From Tubiluchus corallicola (lineage: Eukaryota; Animalia; Priapulida): DNA of 64,000 nucleotides. Below are positions 25,032-40,000 of the stretch, one piece after another. Within the stretch, counting starts at the first letter, position 1; every line of letters starts with the position of its first letter. The notes below the pieces were generated by a model. The model made no database searches and was not told the origin of the DNA. It was given only the letters and a program-made list of their open reading frames with translations. A program made the translations under genes and the position numbers. Location: the NCBI GenBank assembly GCA_030141605.1, contig JAQGDQ010000002.1, positions 2,232,001 through 2,296,000 on the forward strand, written 5' to 3'.

Positions 25032-28000
25032 ATGGTGGACAGGATAAATGACGAGTTTCGAAACGGTCATCGGTCGAGAGGCGCGAGTCCTATTAACAAT
25101 TTTAGTGACGACTCTAGTAGCGGGGATGACTCTAGTGATGGTAAGGCATTTCCAATGATTTTTAAGACACGACATTGTATTTTCCTGAATCCAAGTTACC
25201 CAAAGGGATGAGCCCCCACATAAAGATATGGTGAAAGGATTTCTTTAATCCCTGACTTATTTATCACTTTTCAATTTAATTTCTTTATTCAACATTCTTA
25301 CAGTTTCTTCTAGTAACACTTGGTTTTCTTTGCAGTTGACTATTCTGCTAAAGGACAATAAATTCTCTTCACAAAGTGTTTGTAATTGCGCTATGATTTT
25401 GTAGTGCTCAGCCTTATTCTCATAGTTTAACTTGTTTTCTTTAGGCTAAGCTTTTAACACGAGATATTCTTTACATCCCCAATTATCATCTTTCAAAAAC
25501 TTCAGTTTACTACCACCCTGTTTTTTATTTCTTCGTGTAGTACATTTCTATTTTTAACTTAATTCCTCTTTTTCACTAAGATTTTGTCATCCCTGTCTCT
25601 CTTTTATTTCAGTTAATGTATTATACTTCTTTGCAGTTTCTATAACTTTTTAGTCCCAACTATGTCTGAATGAATTTCTATTCGTTCATTAATTATTTTT
25701 TTACTAATCTTGTTTTAGGTGATGGAATCATTCTGTAGTACAATAGTTCTATAGTACATTAATTTTTTTATAAGAAATTTTATTGTAATAATTATAATTT
25801 TATATAATTTATATTGTAATTTAGTAACTATAATTTATTATATTTGTTTCTTTTTTAGTGTTGAAACTACAACATATTTGTAGTATAGCTCAGTAGAGTT
25901 TTTAGCAACACTACAGTCAACTTTTTTGGTACAATGGATCACTATCAGCAGCATGGTGTTGTGTGGGTGGTATTGTGTGGTTTGGTATGGTGGTGTTGTG
26001 TGGTTAGTGTGGTGCGAGCAATGTGGTATGGTGTGACTAGCACTTGTAGTAGCACTGAAAATGTTTCATGGAGCTTTTTTAATTCTATAATTATAAATTG
26101 TATTATATTGTTCTTGGCTTGCATTGTTTCAGATAATGGAATGCGTATCGGCGAAGAATACCAAGCAGTTATCCCAGATTATGATCCAGGTGTGTCTGCT
26201 GTGTTGTCACTTCTAGCAGTTATATTTAACGTAAAGTTTTACCTTTGCTTATTTGACATCAGACTATAATAACTTTAGTCAGTGCTCACACAAGCACCTA
26301 TAGCAACTTTGTAATCTGACAGAGCAGCAAAAATTGCCTGAATGCTCTTTTAGACCATGAAGTTTAGTGAATTTTTCTTTTGTAAGAGAAAGTTTTGTAG
26401 TTCGTTATTGCCTAGGCTGCATGCTTGTCCTACCCTGCCCTGCACTTTACCTTTCGGTAATTATGTTTTGTGCTATACTTTTATGTTTCTGTGTACTTTA
26501 TGATGTGAAGTACATGTAATGATCGTGCCTTATGTCTCAGCTATCACATGTAAGTTATCCTTGAACTTGAATCTTGATTTTTCTGTGTCATGTTTTGCAC
26601 TGTCTTAGTTTGTCTTACGCCTGTTCGGTCTCAATCTGCCGTATCTTATCTTGCCTTACTTCATCTTTGTTTCACCTCATTATTCATCGCATCTTAAATG
26701 AAATGAGGCAAGACAATTTAATTTACTTCATCATATTCTGCTTTTTCATCTCATTTAAAAAGAACTAATGCTAACAACTTTTATTTGTTAACTAGATGCA
26801 AAAGCAGAATCTAGACACAAGGCTATGATTGTTTGGTCTCCAAATTCCACACTTTCTGAAACAAAACGTGAGTATAACTAACACTGTGAAGTTTCAGACA
26901 GTGTTCAATATGTGTGCTTTGATTAGCACTTGTTGCTGAATCTGTTGTTGATAGAACCCTGTTCATAGCTGTCAATAACAGATTCTCTTGTTGTTAATAA
27001 CTGAAATTGTTGATAGAACACTTTAGTGGATTAAATGACTCGCTATAGTTATATGTATTACATAAATAGAAAAATCAGAAAAATATATTAGCTATGTAAA
27101 TTAAATTTTCTTTGCTTATTTTGATTGGAAAATTAACTTGAAATGACTAAACATGTTTGACATTTACACTTGCTTAACCACTTCACTGCCGTGCAATTTG
27201 TATTCCAGCTGGCGCACAAGAATATTTTAGTAAAGTGAAAAGTTGCTACTGGTATACGTACTGCAATGTTATTATAGTATGGTTGTTACTACATCACCAC
27301 CACTTCTGTTGTTACTATTGCCGTTGCTGCCATCATAACTATTGTGACAACCTCCCACGGCTGCCGACATGCCACTGCCACCTGTGTCTTCTACTACCAT
27401 TGTCATTGTTGCTACCATCTCTCATCGATTCATCAACCATACGATTTTGAAACAGTCATGTCTAATTACATGTGTGGATTGGCTTCACCTACCATCACCT
27501 GATGACGCAATCCCAAATTTTGCAAAGTAGTCCCTAATTTGCTCCACACTCCATCTTTTCTGGGCCGTTTGAGGACAAAGATACAGGAAAGCTATGCAGC
27601 AGTGACAACGTAGCAGACGACAGTTCAGCAATAACAGCAATCTTTTTTATGCATTTTGTACGTTTTATGCTTTGTAGCTTTTATATCACCTTTTTAGACA
27701 ACAGCGGACACCACCGCTTTTTGTTTTTAAAGCTAGATTCCTCAATTGCACGTGGCGTGTGTATGTATTGTTGCTACTGGCGTAGGCGTCAGTTAATTTG
27801 CATATTGAGCATGACGGTAGAGTCTCTTCATACAGGCCAGTCGGAATAGCATTTTCATGACGGGAGATTTTCATCATACAGGCAGTGAAGTGGTTAAACA
27901 TTCTTTGGATATAATGTGAACTTGTAGTTCATCAAACTTTTCTTTTTATATTATAAATAAATCCAATTAAAGTTTTTATAAATGACTTAAATCAGTCTTG

Positions 28001-31000
28001 AACAGAATTACATATTTTTTCAAGAAAATGGAGTATAGGTTTAGCTTTCATAGGAATGACAATATATTTACTTTATCTATTCTGTTGATGGTTACGTGGA
28101 AACTGTTTAAATTCCAAAATGTATTATTGTGTTTTTATTTATTGCAGTTGATGAGTATTTGCGAATAGCCAAGGAAATGTATGGGTATAACATGGAGCAG
28201 GTAGTGCTTGATATTTTTGTAAATAATTTGTGTTCATAAGGCAATGGTTGTTTCACTAGTTAATATAGAAAATAATGCAATATGCTGATGCTGTCTGGGC
28301 ACTGTCATCAGAACTAGTTTGTAACAGATATCGCTAATTTGCAAAACAATAGAGTTTGTCTCATTTAGCATACTTGTATTTCTGTTTATCAGAAATTCCA
28401 GAATTCATCTTACAATTTTGCATCTTTAGTTAGTTCTCCCAGGTGAATTATATTTTCGTAAAACCTTGCTACTGCTGACCATCCTAGAATAAACATTGTG
28501 TGACAGTTGCTTTCATTCTCAACAGCATGTTATGAATATTCAATAGTTAAGATTATAGAGACATTTACATCTCAATTTCATTAAAGAATGTATGGTACAT
28601 AACTAGCTTTATAAAAATGGTTGTGTGCTTGTTTGCTGGATTTTAGTTATTTTTTCAGCAATAAGAAAATTTTAACTACTGTATAATGATTTTTTGACAT
28701 GCAGTTCTTTTCACAAAATTTCAAGTAGGGCTAATTTGCGCTCCAAATTTGTAATAGTAGTTATTATAATTTTAGCACTTCGGCCGAAAATAATACAAAC
28801 AGTTACATTTAATGAATTATTTCAAAACCTTAATAAATTGCAGCTAAATCATTCTAATACCAATACTGCAAAATTGAATGGTGACGAAAAAGCTGTTTAA
28901 AAGTAAGTGTATCCCACTAGGCCTTGCTTGCAAACCTAGTTTTATATTTTGCAGGCGCTGGGCATGTTATATTGGCACAACCATAATGTCGAAAAGTCCC
29001 TGGCAGATTTGCCAAACTATACGCCATTCCCTGATGAATGGACTATTGAAGATAAGGTCTTGTTTGAACAGGCATTTGGTTTTCATGGCAAGAGCTTTCA
29101 TCGAATTAGACAAATGGTAATTAGATTTTATTGCTTCTCATCAGCCACTTTAGTTAAGTCAGCATTTTGTGTAGTGCTAGGGACTCTATAACCAAGGTAC
29201 TTTATAAGCATATGCGGCTAATGATATGTAGATGACTACTAGATGGACTAAATAGTAAAAGTGTATAAAAAATGTGCAATGTATGGCTTCATGGTAAGTT
29301 ACCTTTAGAAGATGCAATCAAGTACTTTGTAGTGCATTCAAATTTAATGAAAAGTATTTTATGTGAGTTCATTAAACTAAAAGTTAATGAATGTTTCATA
29401 TTAATTAATGTGTACACATTCAGTTGTGAATTTATGTGACATGTTCAAAGCAGTGAGGTTATTTGCAAAAAATTTTTGTTTGTCTCTTGATGAAACTTCT
29501 CAGGAGTGAGCTGCCATATGTAAAACAAATGTGTGTCAAGCTGCTGAGTGGCTTATTGTTTATATATATATATATATATATATATCTTTTGACACTATTA
29601 ATAACAACTCCGCATGGTGTATATCCAAAGACTATTTTGCAGTACCAAGAATTGATAGGCTAAATTTAACTGTAAATTAATTTGTAAATGGCAGATGTTT
29701 GTATTTAAAGCTCTTACGTTAGTTAACTGTTAAGTGAATGATAAAAATTTCTTTTGCGTGAGTTTGTACAGGTTATGTACCCAATGAACCATGTTCACTA
29801 TAATGGTGTTTTACTGTATCATTTTTCACATTTAACAATTGATCATTTTTTATGGACAATCTTTTCCATGATCCAGGTTTTGAGACTGTCAAATGCTTTA
29901 GACTGACAAACTTTCATTTTGTCAAATCTGTACAGTTAAATCGTAGTAATACGATTTTCTAAGATATCTAAGGGACAAAAATATTTTTTGTATTAAACGT
30001 GTTTCGTACTACTGATTACGTGCATTTTTACTATAAGTCATATGCTTCCTTTACTGTAAAACAGCAGTAACTAGCTGATGCCAGTAGTGTTAACACTGGT
30101 TTTCTTTTGTTTAATCTTGCCTCACCGGAGTTATTTCCGTTAGATAACTAAGCCGTTAGCATTAGTTAGCTTACTGCTGGGCAGCTGGCTTTGGTTGAGA
30201 TAAGCTGGCTACTGTGTTACATGTAGGGTTAATAGCTTGTTGACACTGCCAATTTGGCAGTATTGCATAGATTGCAACTACCTCCTGGAAACAGCTTTAT
30301 AAACTAAACCTCACTTAAACTTAGGTCTAGGGCTAAATGACAGAAATTTATAATCATTAGAAATACCATTGGAGATTTTAAAAAAGTTTGATATCTGAGA
30401 GAAAGAGAGCAAGTAAGAGAGTGACAGAAAGGGAGAGAGAGGGAGATAGATAAATAGATAGGTAGAGGGAGGGAAAGCTAGAGGGGTAGGAGAGAGAGAG
30501 AGAGAGAGAATGAACATGTGCTGTAATTGCAATTAACTCCCCATTGCTTTTCTTACCATTTTATTTCAGGTTAGTTTTTAAGTAATTGATTTAAGTAAGT
30601 GATTAATTATAATGGCCAGCTTGTTCTTGCACACAAAACAATCAACCGTAGGTTATCGTCACCCTGGCAAAAATCAAAGTTGAGAGGGGGCAGTGGTAGG
30701 CAGCTTAAATTACAAATATTTTAGAACAAGTCATTAATCCATAATCATCAGACTGAAAGTTGTAATACAAGTATTTATTTACGTTAAAATTATACTGTTG
30801 GGACTTCAGGAAAAATCTTACGTACGGGGGTTTGATAGTAATGAGTTTCATATTAACCATACTCGATTATATAGATTTTATTATAACGTTGGCAGAGGGA
30901 GATAATAAAATCACCGTACTACTAGAGTTCTTTATAAGCCGAATTGTATTACCGGGATTCGACTGTACAACTTAAACTCGGTTATCTTTACAAAATGTCA

Positions 31001-34000
31001 CAAATTGTCTAACCTGCATTTTGCTTTTAGCTTCCAGATAAAACAATATCGGGTTTGGTGAAATATTATTATTCCTGGAAGAAGCTAAGGGCTCGTACAA
31101 GCGTAATGGACAGAGCTGCCGGTGGGAAGCTGGGTTTACGAGAGAACAGGTAATTCTTAATGGTTAAGCAGTTAAAGCAATGTTTGACAAGATTTATGGC
31201 TTTTATGATGAGACTTAATTGAATAGTCTAAATGAACGAACTCTGTACTGTTTAGCCATTTTTTAGTGCATTTTTAAGACAGTCTGGCCTCCAGAGCCGG
31301 AATTTGCACTCGTCCTTGTAAAATGAATCACAGGTGATGAACACAAGACACTCCTACTAACCCAAAGGGGGAGTTTTGATAGTATTTCCTCATATAGCCA
31401 AAATATTTTTACATATGAAGAGGTTTCACTCTGTCCATATTATACACTGTTTATTAGTCATACCCGATGTAACAGCTGTTAACAATAGATTCTGTCATAA
31501 TCAGTGTTTTACATACAATCAATAAATGACTGCTATTCAATACATGAACTGAAAGGAAGGGAATTTTGGGCATTTGCAAATATACAGGAACGATAATGAA
31601 TGAAATTATTAGAATATTTCCTACTGATGCTGCTCTGTAAGGCACCATGACATACAGTGAATGGAAACATATGGTACCACCTGCCGGCAAAACAGATCGC
31701 AAGCCACATATTGAAAAACGAACATTTCCTTTTTGTAATGTTAGGAATTCACCAACTCCTTAATAAATGCTAATGTAATAATTGTATGAGAAGAAATTAC
31801 TGAAATCCATATTTTATGATTCTGCTTGATAGGTTGTTGGCCAATTACCCAATAAAAGGCCGGTAATTACCTAATTGGCCAGTAAAAGATTATCAAGCCT
31901 AAATAGACATTAGTAATATGCCACTGAAATATTTTTCCCAGAAAAGATAAGGATAATACTATGATAATAAATCTAATAATAAGCTGATTGTTGCTGGTAA
32001 TTTTTTCCCAGATAATTGCAAAAGTAATAAAAATATTTTTAAGAACAAGTATGTAACAACCGGTTGTAATTATTCATGGAAAAAAGTAGTCACCTAAGCC
32101 ATAACAATCGGCCGTCTACTTTTGGTGATATGATTAACGTGATCTCAGTCTTGGCACGTATGCTGAATTGCAACGAAAATTGTAATTTCCTTTGTCAAAG
32201 TAGATGTAGATGCACAAGAAAATAGGTGATATTACACGTAGGTGCTTCAAAAGTAGGGTAGATTAAAGGCAGATGAGAAAAAAGTAGGTTCCCCCCTTCC
32301 TCCAGGTGGCCACATTCGAAAAACAAACCACAAATACACTTAGAGACAACACTAGATCGAGAGCTTTCGTTTGATATACAGAGCGCTGGAAAGGGTACCG
32401 AAGTTGGAGATGTAGACTCGAATCACACCATCCGCACCATACCACCAACACCACACACACCCTACCACACCATCCACAGTGCAACACCCCACAGCACACC
32501 ATCCACAGCACACACACACCAATTCACATGGTGATGACGATGTTGACGATGATGATGACGCCGGCAATGATGGCGATACCTACAACACTAACACCAACAG
32601 CAGAGCATCATGGCAAAACCATGCAAAACATTTTGTATAAAGTTGAAACTGTGTGCTATAGCAAATGCTCTTAGACCCATCTACCAATGATCAATAATAT
32701 GCAGTCATTCCACTAGTGTTGCTCCGGATATCCGATTCGTATCCGAAAATGTTGATATTCAAGAGCTTCTACAGCCAAAAATAAATAAATAAAATATTAC
32801 CAAAAACTTAGAGATCGTGTTAGCCTATGTTTATGTTTTCAAGAGGAAAATTTTACACACATCTTTTTTTGTTTGTGTGTGGTAATTCGGTGTATCTTCG
32901 AGGCTAGGTCCTTTAAGATGATAGTCTTTTTAAGATAGACTAAATGAAAACGCAAAAGTTTGCAAACATTTTCTAATTTTTCATTACCCACTGATCCGCA
33001 TATTTGATCGGAATTTAGCTAACCTAGCTGGTTACAATCCCAATCCGGATGTCAATTTGAGGAAATATTCAATGATATCTGGTATTCGCTATCCGTTAAA
33101 AAGTGTATCCAGAGCAGCACTACATTCCACATAGTTTTGTTAACTGCTTCTCAGATATGTACTATCTATAATACAGTAGAATACCGGGTGAGAACAATGC
33201 CTGGAACAGCCGCGAAATTTCTCAAATTTAAAAACAATAGGTGTTCCAAATAGCATGCACCACTGGAGGGTTAAAAAAGAACCTTGAAATGCGCTCTTCC
33301 CATTTTGTCTAGTCTCTCCTGATGAAACCTTCAACATTTTGTAGATCGTTTTGTCCTCTTTCTGTGCTTTTTTTTTCCAACATGCCCAAACAGTTGCACA
33401 AACTCAGTTTTACTAGAGGCTGTTTGAGCAGCTTTATGCACAATTTGGATGGTTGGGCCGGGATTTAAATGCCTGTTGCAGGACGCCATGGCCCTCTTGC
33501 GAATTCTAAATATGCCTACTACACCCACTGTTGAATTGACAATTCAATCACGACCGGCACCATCCCCGCCCATTTTGCAAAAAAACGGCCGAAAAATGGT
33601 CATTTTTGGACGTTTTTCGTCTCCTACGCCCCCCCAGTGGACCCCGATTCGAAAAATAAACCCCCAATCGAGGACCACACTAGATCGAGACCTTTCGTTT
33701 GATATATAGATCGCCACAAATGGTGCTGTCGTTGGAGCTGTAGCCGTGAATCTTATATATGTAAAAATATATACATGTAATGCCCTATGCCACCGAAATT
33801 GATATATACGATTAGATAATGCTTGCCTAATACATTACCTTGATAATATCCATGCATGTTAAAAAGTTACTTACAAGTTACTGCCACTAGAGTGCATCCA
33901 TTGCTTGTTAACTGCTCAGACTGGTCGATATTATAATTTTAGCATTCTGACAAAAATAACACTCAACTAACTATTTATGCTAACAGCTAGCAATTTGTAA

Positions 34001-37000
34001 ACAAGTGCGAACATGTGCCATGAAACACTGCCCATATTGAGTATATATCTGTCCTTACAGAACGAATTTTAATAAACTGCTGCAATATTTCTGTATAATA
34101 CCGGTGGTCTTCATTTTCAACTAGGATATTATCACCAATACATGAAGTGATAACTATTTAAATGGCCAGGTTAAGCAACACTTGGGCAGTAGTAAGCATT
34201 TAAATATTTTAATAAACTATCTTTAGATATTTAGTAAAAATAACATTTGAATCTTTTTATGTGTGTTTATATACAGGAAATTGCTTTTGAAAAGGACTAC
34301 TTTAAAACGTTGTTCTATGCTGTTTCGTTGTTGCCAATTTTTATAGATACGTGCATTATAAGTCTGGCTGGATGTTGAAAATCACATTATTAGGTTTTTT
34401 ATTAAAAGCCGGCTCCTATTGTCAAGATTTCATTTGTAGCTAGAAAGGTTTGTTGACTTCAGGAATTTCTTGATGAATCTACCTTTTTTACATCACTTTG
34501 TTGTTCATGCTAAAAATTTCTCCTCGTGTTAGAGTATCATACAGAACCATATTTGCAATGTAAATGTCTTGTTAAATTGGTGTAGTGAAGATTCATCGCC
34601 AAGTGACAGTGATATGGAAACAGACAGCAAGGAAAGGACAAGTGAGAAACAATTGCTTGAAAAACCAGAATCTACGGAGGAATATCAAAAAGAGACAACT
34701 TCGGAAGTACTTGATAAGACTGAGAAGGAAGGAGATGGAGTCGTAAAGAAGGGTAACTGCTCCAATTGTACAGCTTCTGCATTTCAACTGCACTCGACTC
34801 CGAAAGGTTCTCTGTGCAACTCCTGCTATCAATATTGGAGGTAATTTATGTCTTCGAATTCTCAAAATTTTTGCTTTATTAACAGGAGAAGTGATAATGT
34901 AGACAAAGTCTTCTATTATCCCTAGATTGTAAAGAAAAAAACTGTGCATGTACAAACATTTTGATTAATTTCAATGCATATTTACGTACTGATGCACAAC
35001 AAAATGATCTGTTTTATTATAGTTAGATTAGTTCTAGAACTTTGATCATCATCTACTAATCTTGTCGGTTAAAGAAATGGCAACCAATAGAAAAGGGACT
35101 GTAGATATTGGGATTGAAGAGGAATTATAGTCTGATTTTGTAATAATTAGGATGCATAGCCATGGGCAGACGTTTTGCCATTTTAATATGCTTTGATATG
35201 CTGTTTTGTACGTTTTATGGTTCATCCGCATACCATAGTTTAAAAATTCATTGTCCACAAAACTTAGCAAACTTGCAAAGATGGAAAAATGGAGATTAGT
35301 GGAAATTTTCATTGCTTTATTATTCGTGCTTCTGTAATAATAAACAGACATTGTCGGCCCTTATCCATTTATTACTAAATTTATCAATTGCATGTTTGTC
35401 TAAAATAATGTAGCTGTGTGTTTTGAGCATTATTATAATGATATAGCAATGTATTATAATAATATAATAATATATATATATATATATAAAGAAAAACAAT
35501 GTATATATATATACATTGTGTTTTTCTTTACAAATGATAGGCGGACAGGGCTGATGCGTTCTGTCTTTGGTGCCAGAAAATCTGAACACGCTGTGCCAAT
35601 GATGCGCCATAATCCAGTAAAGCTTCGACGCAAGCCTCCACGTGGAATGTATCTAACCAAGGAAGATCTACAGATAATGACAACAGGTCCACCTGGACAA
35701 ACCGAGGCACTGCTCCGTCAGCTAGAGAGCGAAGTTGTAGCTATGAAGACACAGGTAGATTTAGTTCCAACATAATAATCTACATATAACTTTTCACAGA
35801 ACTAATGAGCTTATCATTGTCATTATCTTTTGTACAAAATACTTTCCGTTAAGTCTTAGCATGAGTTGATTTAGCTTTTTTATTCATAGGCGCAATACAA
35901 TAAGCAAGTTATCAGTTCTCAAAAACAGAAATTATCACGTGGCATTGACCATTTACGATGTCCAGAAAGCAGCAATCGTTTCGTGCATCGTTGGACTAAT
36001 GAAGAATTACTTCTTGCTGTGCAAGGTAAGAAACAGTGTTTTGTTAATAATGCGATAGCAGAATCCTGTCTAAAAGCCAATTAAATTTTGTGTACATTAT
36101 GAAGTACGGGTTAATCCATGAAGAAATGCTCTTTCAAGATTTTTTGTTGGATCACTTTCAATTTTGTTTATAATTACTTATGACACACGTTTTAATTAAT
36201 CCAACCATAGGAAAAGAAGCCATTATGGAGCCAGAAATTGCATTCTTCTGCTTTATATTTCTCCACTATATCTATGGTTGTATTGATCAGTGCTGTGCCA
36301 TCAAAATAAGTGCTCCATTCTTCTTGCATTGTTCCATAAAGAGCAAAATGCTTTATGTTATCTTGCATTATTGTTTGAAAGAGACGGTCATTTTCTGTCG
36401 GTTTTTTTATATACTCGTCAACTAATCCAAAGAAACATGTGGTGTCCCATCCATGCATGGCATACTTAGATTCAAATGGAACTTCAAGAAACGCATTGAT
36501 GGGTACTGATGGTGCTGCTGTAGCTATGTATCTAAACACTGGTGAATTAAAGCTTTTTGTAGCTGCAGTGGTCAACACTTCATTTGGGCATGTTGCACGG
36601 ATATCTGTTGCCATGGTAGTGTATGTGTATTCTGGGTCAATTTCGTGCGGGTAAAGTACTGCTGATGAATCTACAATGGATTGTCCAAATGTCCCAAGTT
36701 TTTGAGCCACGACATCCTCGTATTTGGACCAGTTCCAAGTATCTATATCAAGTTGGCTTGGAAAAAAGTCTGTTTCCTGCGCCATAGTTCCTATAAGTAT
36801 TGGTACATCTGGAAATGTTTTGTGTGTCCATTCAGCTTCTTTTGCCCATGTGTCAAATGGTGCTGCAGGTAAAAAGTCACCATCTACAATTGCAACAGCA
36901 CCATTAAATTTTCCTTTCACAGGAAGATCAGTAAGATCATACATTCCCCAATTAGGCCATATATCCATGGGAATCGCCTTCAGGATCTCTTCTGGTGTTT

Positions 37001-40000
37001 TTTCATATAGACATCCAACATCAGTGCAACCACTTCTTGCAAGAAATACCTTGTTATCTCTAGATGCATCTGCCAAAGTTTTGTTTAACACTGGTGAGGT
37101 GCTGCTTAACCACGCTCTTTGGAATAATCCTTTTGCTAAAGGAGAACCTAGAAGAGCAAAAATTGATGTTCCACCAGAACTCTGGCCAAATATAGTTACT
37201 AAATTGGGATCGCCTCCGAAATTGATTATGTTGTCTTGGACCCATTTCAGTGCTTGTAACTGGTCGTAGAAACCGTAATTACCTGAAATAAAATTCAAAT
37301 TTGTCATAATGCAGTACTCCGTTTGATTGATAGTGCTGTTAATGTTTGGCAAAATGTTACTGTTTATAATACAGCTATATAATCCTTGGCATTTTTTTGT
37401 GTTGCTAATACAAGTTTATAATCCTCGGCATAATGTTAACAGTCTGTAAGAAAAGAATTTGTTCATGAAAACAGTTTTTAATCTGTATGTGACCCTAGAC
37501 ATAGCTTGTAATCATACTTGACACATTTCTGGTCTGAATACAGCCAAACAATATCTCAGTGATTGAGCTTATTAAAACTACCTTGACAGCATTCAGCGTA
37601 TACACTAATACCATATAGACGTAATATTTAAAATCTAATGAAACAGTGCACACAATTTACACGATTATCGTCTTACAATTGCCATGTAAATGTACAGCAT
37701 TTAAAGTATATGTATTAATAAATGTGGACTATCTATGCTTTTTGTGTGCAAGTCACATCCAAGTTGCTTTAAGCTGAGGTGATAAAAATTTAGAGTCATA
37801 CATATTATTGGTTTACAGCACTTGTTTATTTATTTACTCATTTTTTGGTTATTCAAAAATGCACGTTTTGAAGCAGCTTTTGACTTTTCCTTCAATGTCA
37901 GTTGCAAATATTTTTGTGCTGTAATCAGGTAGAAAGATTAAATTAATATTCATCTTTTGTTTGACATTTAAAGCCAGCATTTGAGAGAAACAATACTATA
38001 TTGTATGCCTTAGTAGGTGCTAGGTACAGTCAATGTTATCTTATCATATAATGTTAAATTGTAACATCTGAATAATGCTAAAATGGAAGATTATAATTAA
38101 CATTTATAGAAAAGCCAAAGAACGGAAAAAACTGTGCTACTTTTTATCACTCTGTTAGAAATTTAAGTTGCAGAATACACAATTTGAGAACCAAAAACGT
38201 TATTTAGGTTAATTCTTCTCATATTCGCGTGTATAAGTTTTAAAGAGCTGTTACCCTTTTGAAGACAAGTTACTGCAGGTAATACTACCTAATATGTATC
38301 TTCAAATACTGTCACGTTATAGGTATGTGTGACGCGAAAAAGTATATAATGAAAATTACAGGTCTCTAAAAAAATGAATCTTCCTGCATTATATGTTGTA
38401 CCCTTAGAAGCTTATGCAGGTATGTTTTTAATGATAAAATTTTGTCTTACTATTTTTAAATTTGTGTGGTAACAATAGCAAGGCTTGTGGATTTTTACCT
38501 GATTTTCCATTTGGTGAATTTCTTGAAAGTATTTCGAGTGCCATGAACCCAAAAGCATTCACACGGTAGTTAATACATACGAATACAACGTTCATACTTT
38601 TTGCAAGGGCTGGACTTGGTGAACCTCCCCGTGCTGTACCATTGTAGAACATTAGGTTACCGCCGTGGATCCAAAACAATACTGGTAGCTTTGCATTTTT
38701 GTTTAATGTAGGTGTGTATATTGTCATAAACAAACAGTCCTCACTGCCTTGAACTGCATTAGTTATTGGGTCCAACTGTGAACATTCATTTCCAAATTCT
38801 GTAGCTGGAAATGTCCCTTGCCAACATGTTTTGGCATTTAAGGATTCTGTTTTCTGCCATCTTAAGTTCCCAACTGGTGGCTTCGCGTATGGTATACCTT
38901 TGAAAGAGAACACTTCTTTCGTGATCTTGCCAACAATATTTCCACAAGGTTTTGTGTTAACAATAGCCTCACTGCTTAATGTTATTTTACGGCACTCGTC
39001 TTGTGTGTCACTTTTATGGCAAAATTCTTCATCAGCTGTTCCCAAAGCACTCCGGGCAATAATAAGCACAAGAAGTACAAGTTCCATGCTATATTATAAA
39101 GCGAAGATTCTCAACAAATGCAACTTGTGTATGGTATTTAAATGCTAAATATCACAATGTTCACAAACCATGTATCAACTAACATAGAACACTTTGCCTA
39201 GCAATACACAGTTGTTATTTACAGTTCACGGATGGCCGATAACATCTTGATCTTCAACTTATTTACTTTGCATGACTTGTTTATGCCACAGTACAATACT
39301 ACTGATTAAAGCAGTCAGGAAACAGAGTCAGGGTCATCTCCATTTAATCCTAAATAACAAGAAAATGCGTAATGCTGAATAGCAGTGTGGCTTTGTTTTT
39401 TATAGTCGTTAAGTATAATTGTTTTTATATTACTCATTTACAAATTTGACTTGCAAACTAGAATAAATACTAGAGGGCAATCTTAATGTTCTGTGACAAT
39501 TTCAGTAGAACAAAGATTTGAAAGCTGTTTTAAGGTTGTCCGAGAGGGGCACTGAAAAGACTGTGCTATCCTCTTCAAAATGTTAGCAACTTTTGTAGGG
39601 AGCAAAATGGTCAATGGGGCCAAACTTCAAAAATGCACGAATTCTAACAAAATGGATGTCAAATTATTCGTCTTGTCACACTGAGTAAAAAATATATAGT
39701 TTGACCTAATTGTGATCTTTCGTTGGATTACTATGACAGCAAATTTGATATGCTCTATCTGCTTCCGGTCAGAGGTCAAATTTTTTCATAAGATTAGGAT
39801 TAATCAGTTTCAACAAAAAAAAATCACTATTACAGGTAAGAATACATAATTGTACTTTGATATCTAAGTTGTTCACAGTTTGTATGAGCTCTACTCATAG
39901 TCACAGTCTGTAATCAGACAAGTCATCGTAGTTACCAGCATCCGAATTGGTGTTCAATTCATGAGTGTTGTCGGCTACTGTTTCAGTTAAGTTTGAAAGA

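Noticed and set aside
36439-37269. Plus-strand ORFs (up to 181 aa), and similarly 15595-15975 and 38831-39148
   Set aside because: Antisense shadows of the carboxylesterase and Fos coding exons.
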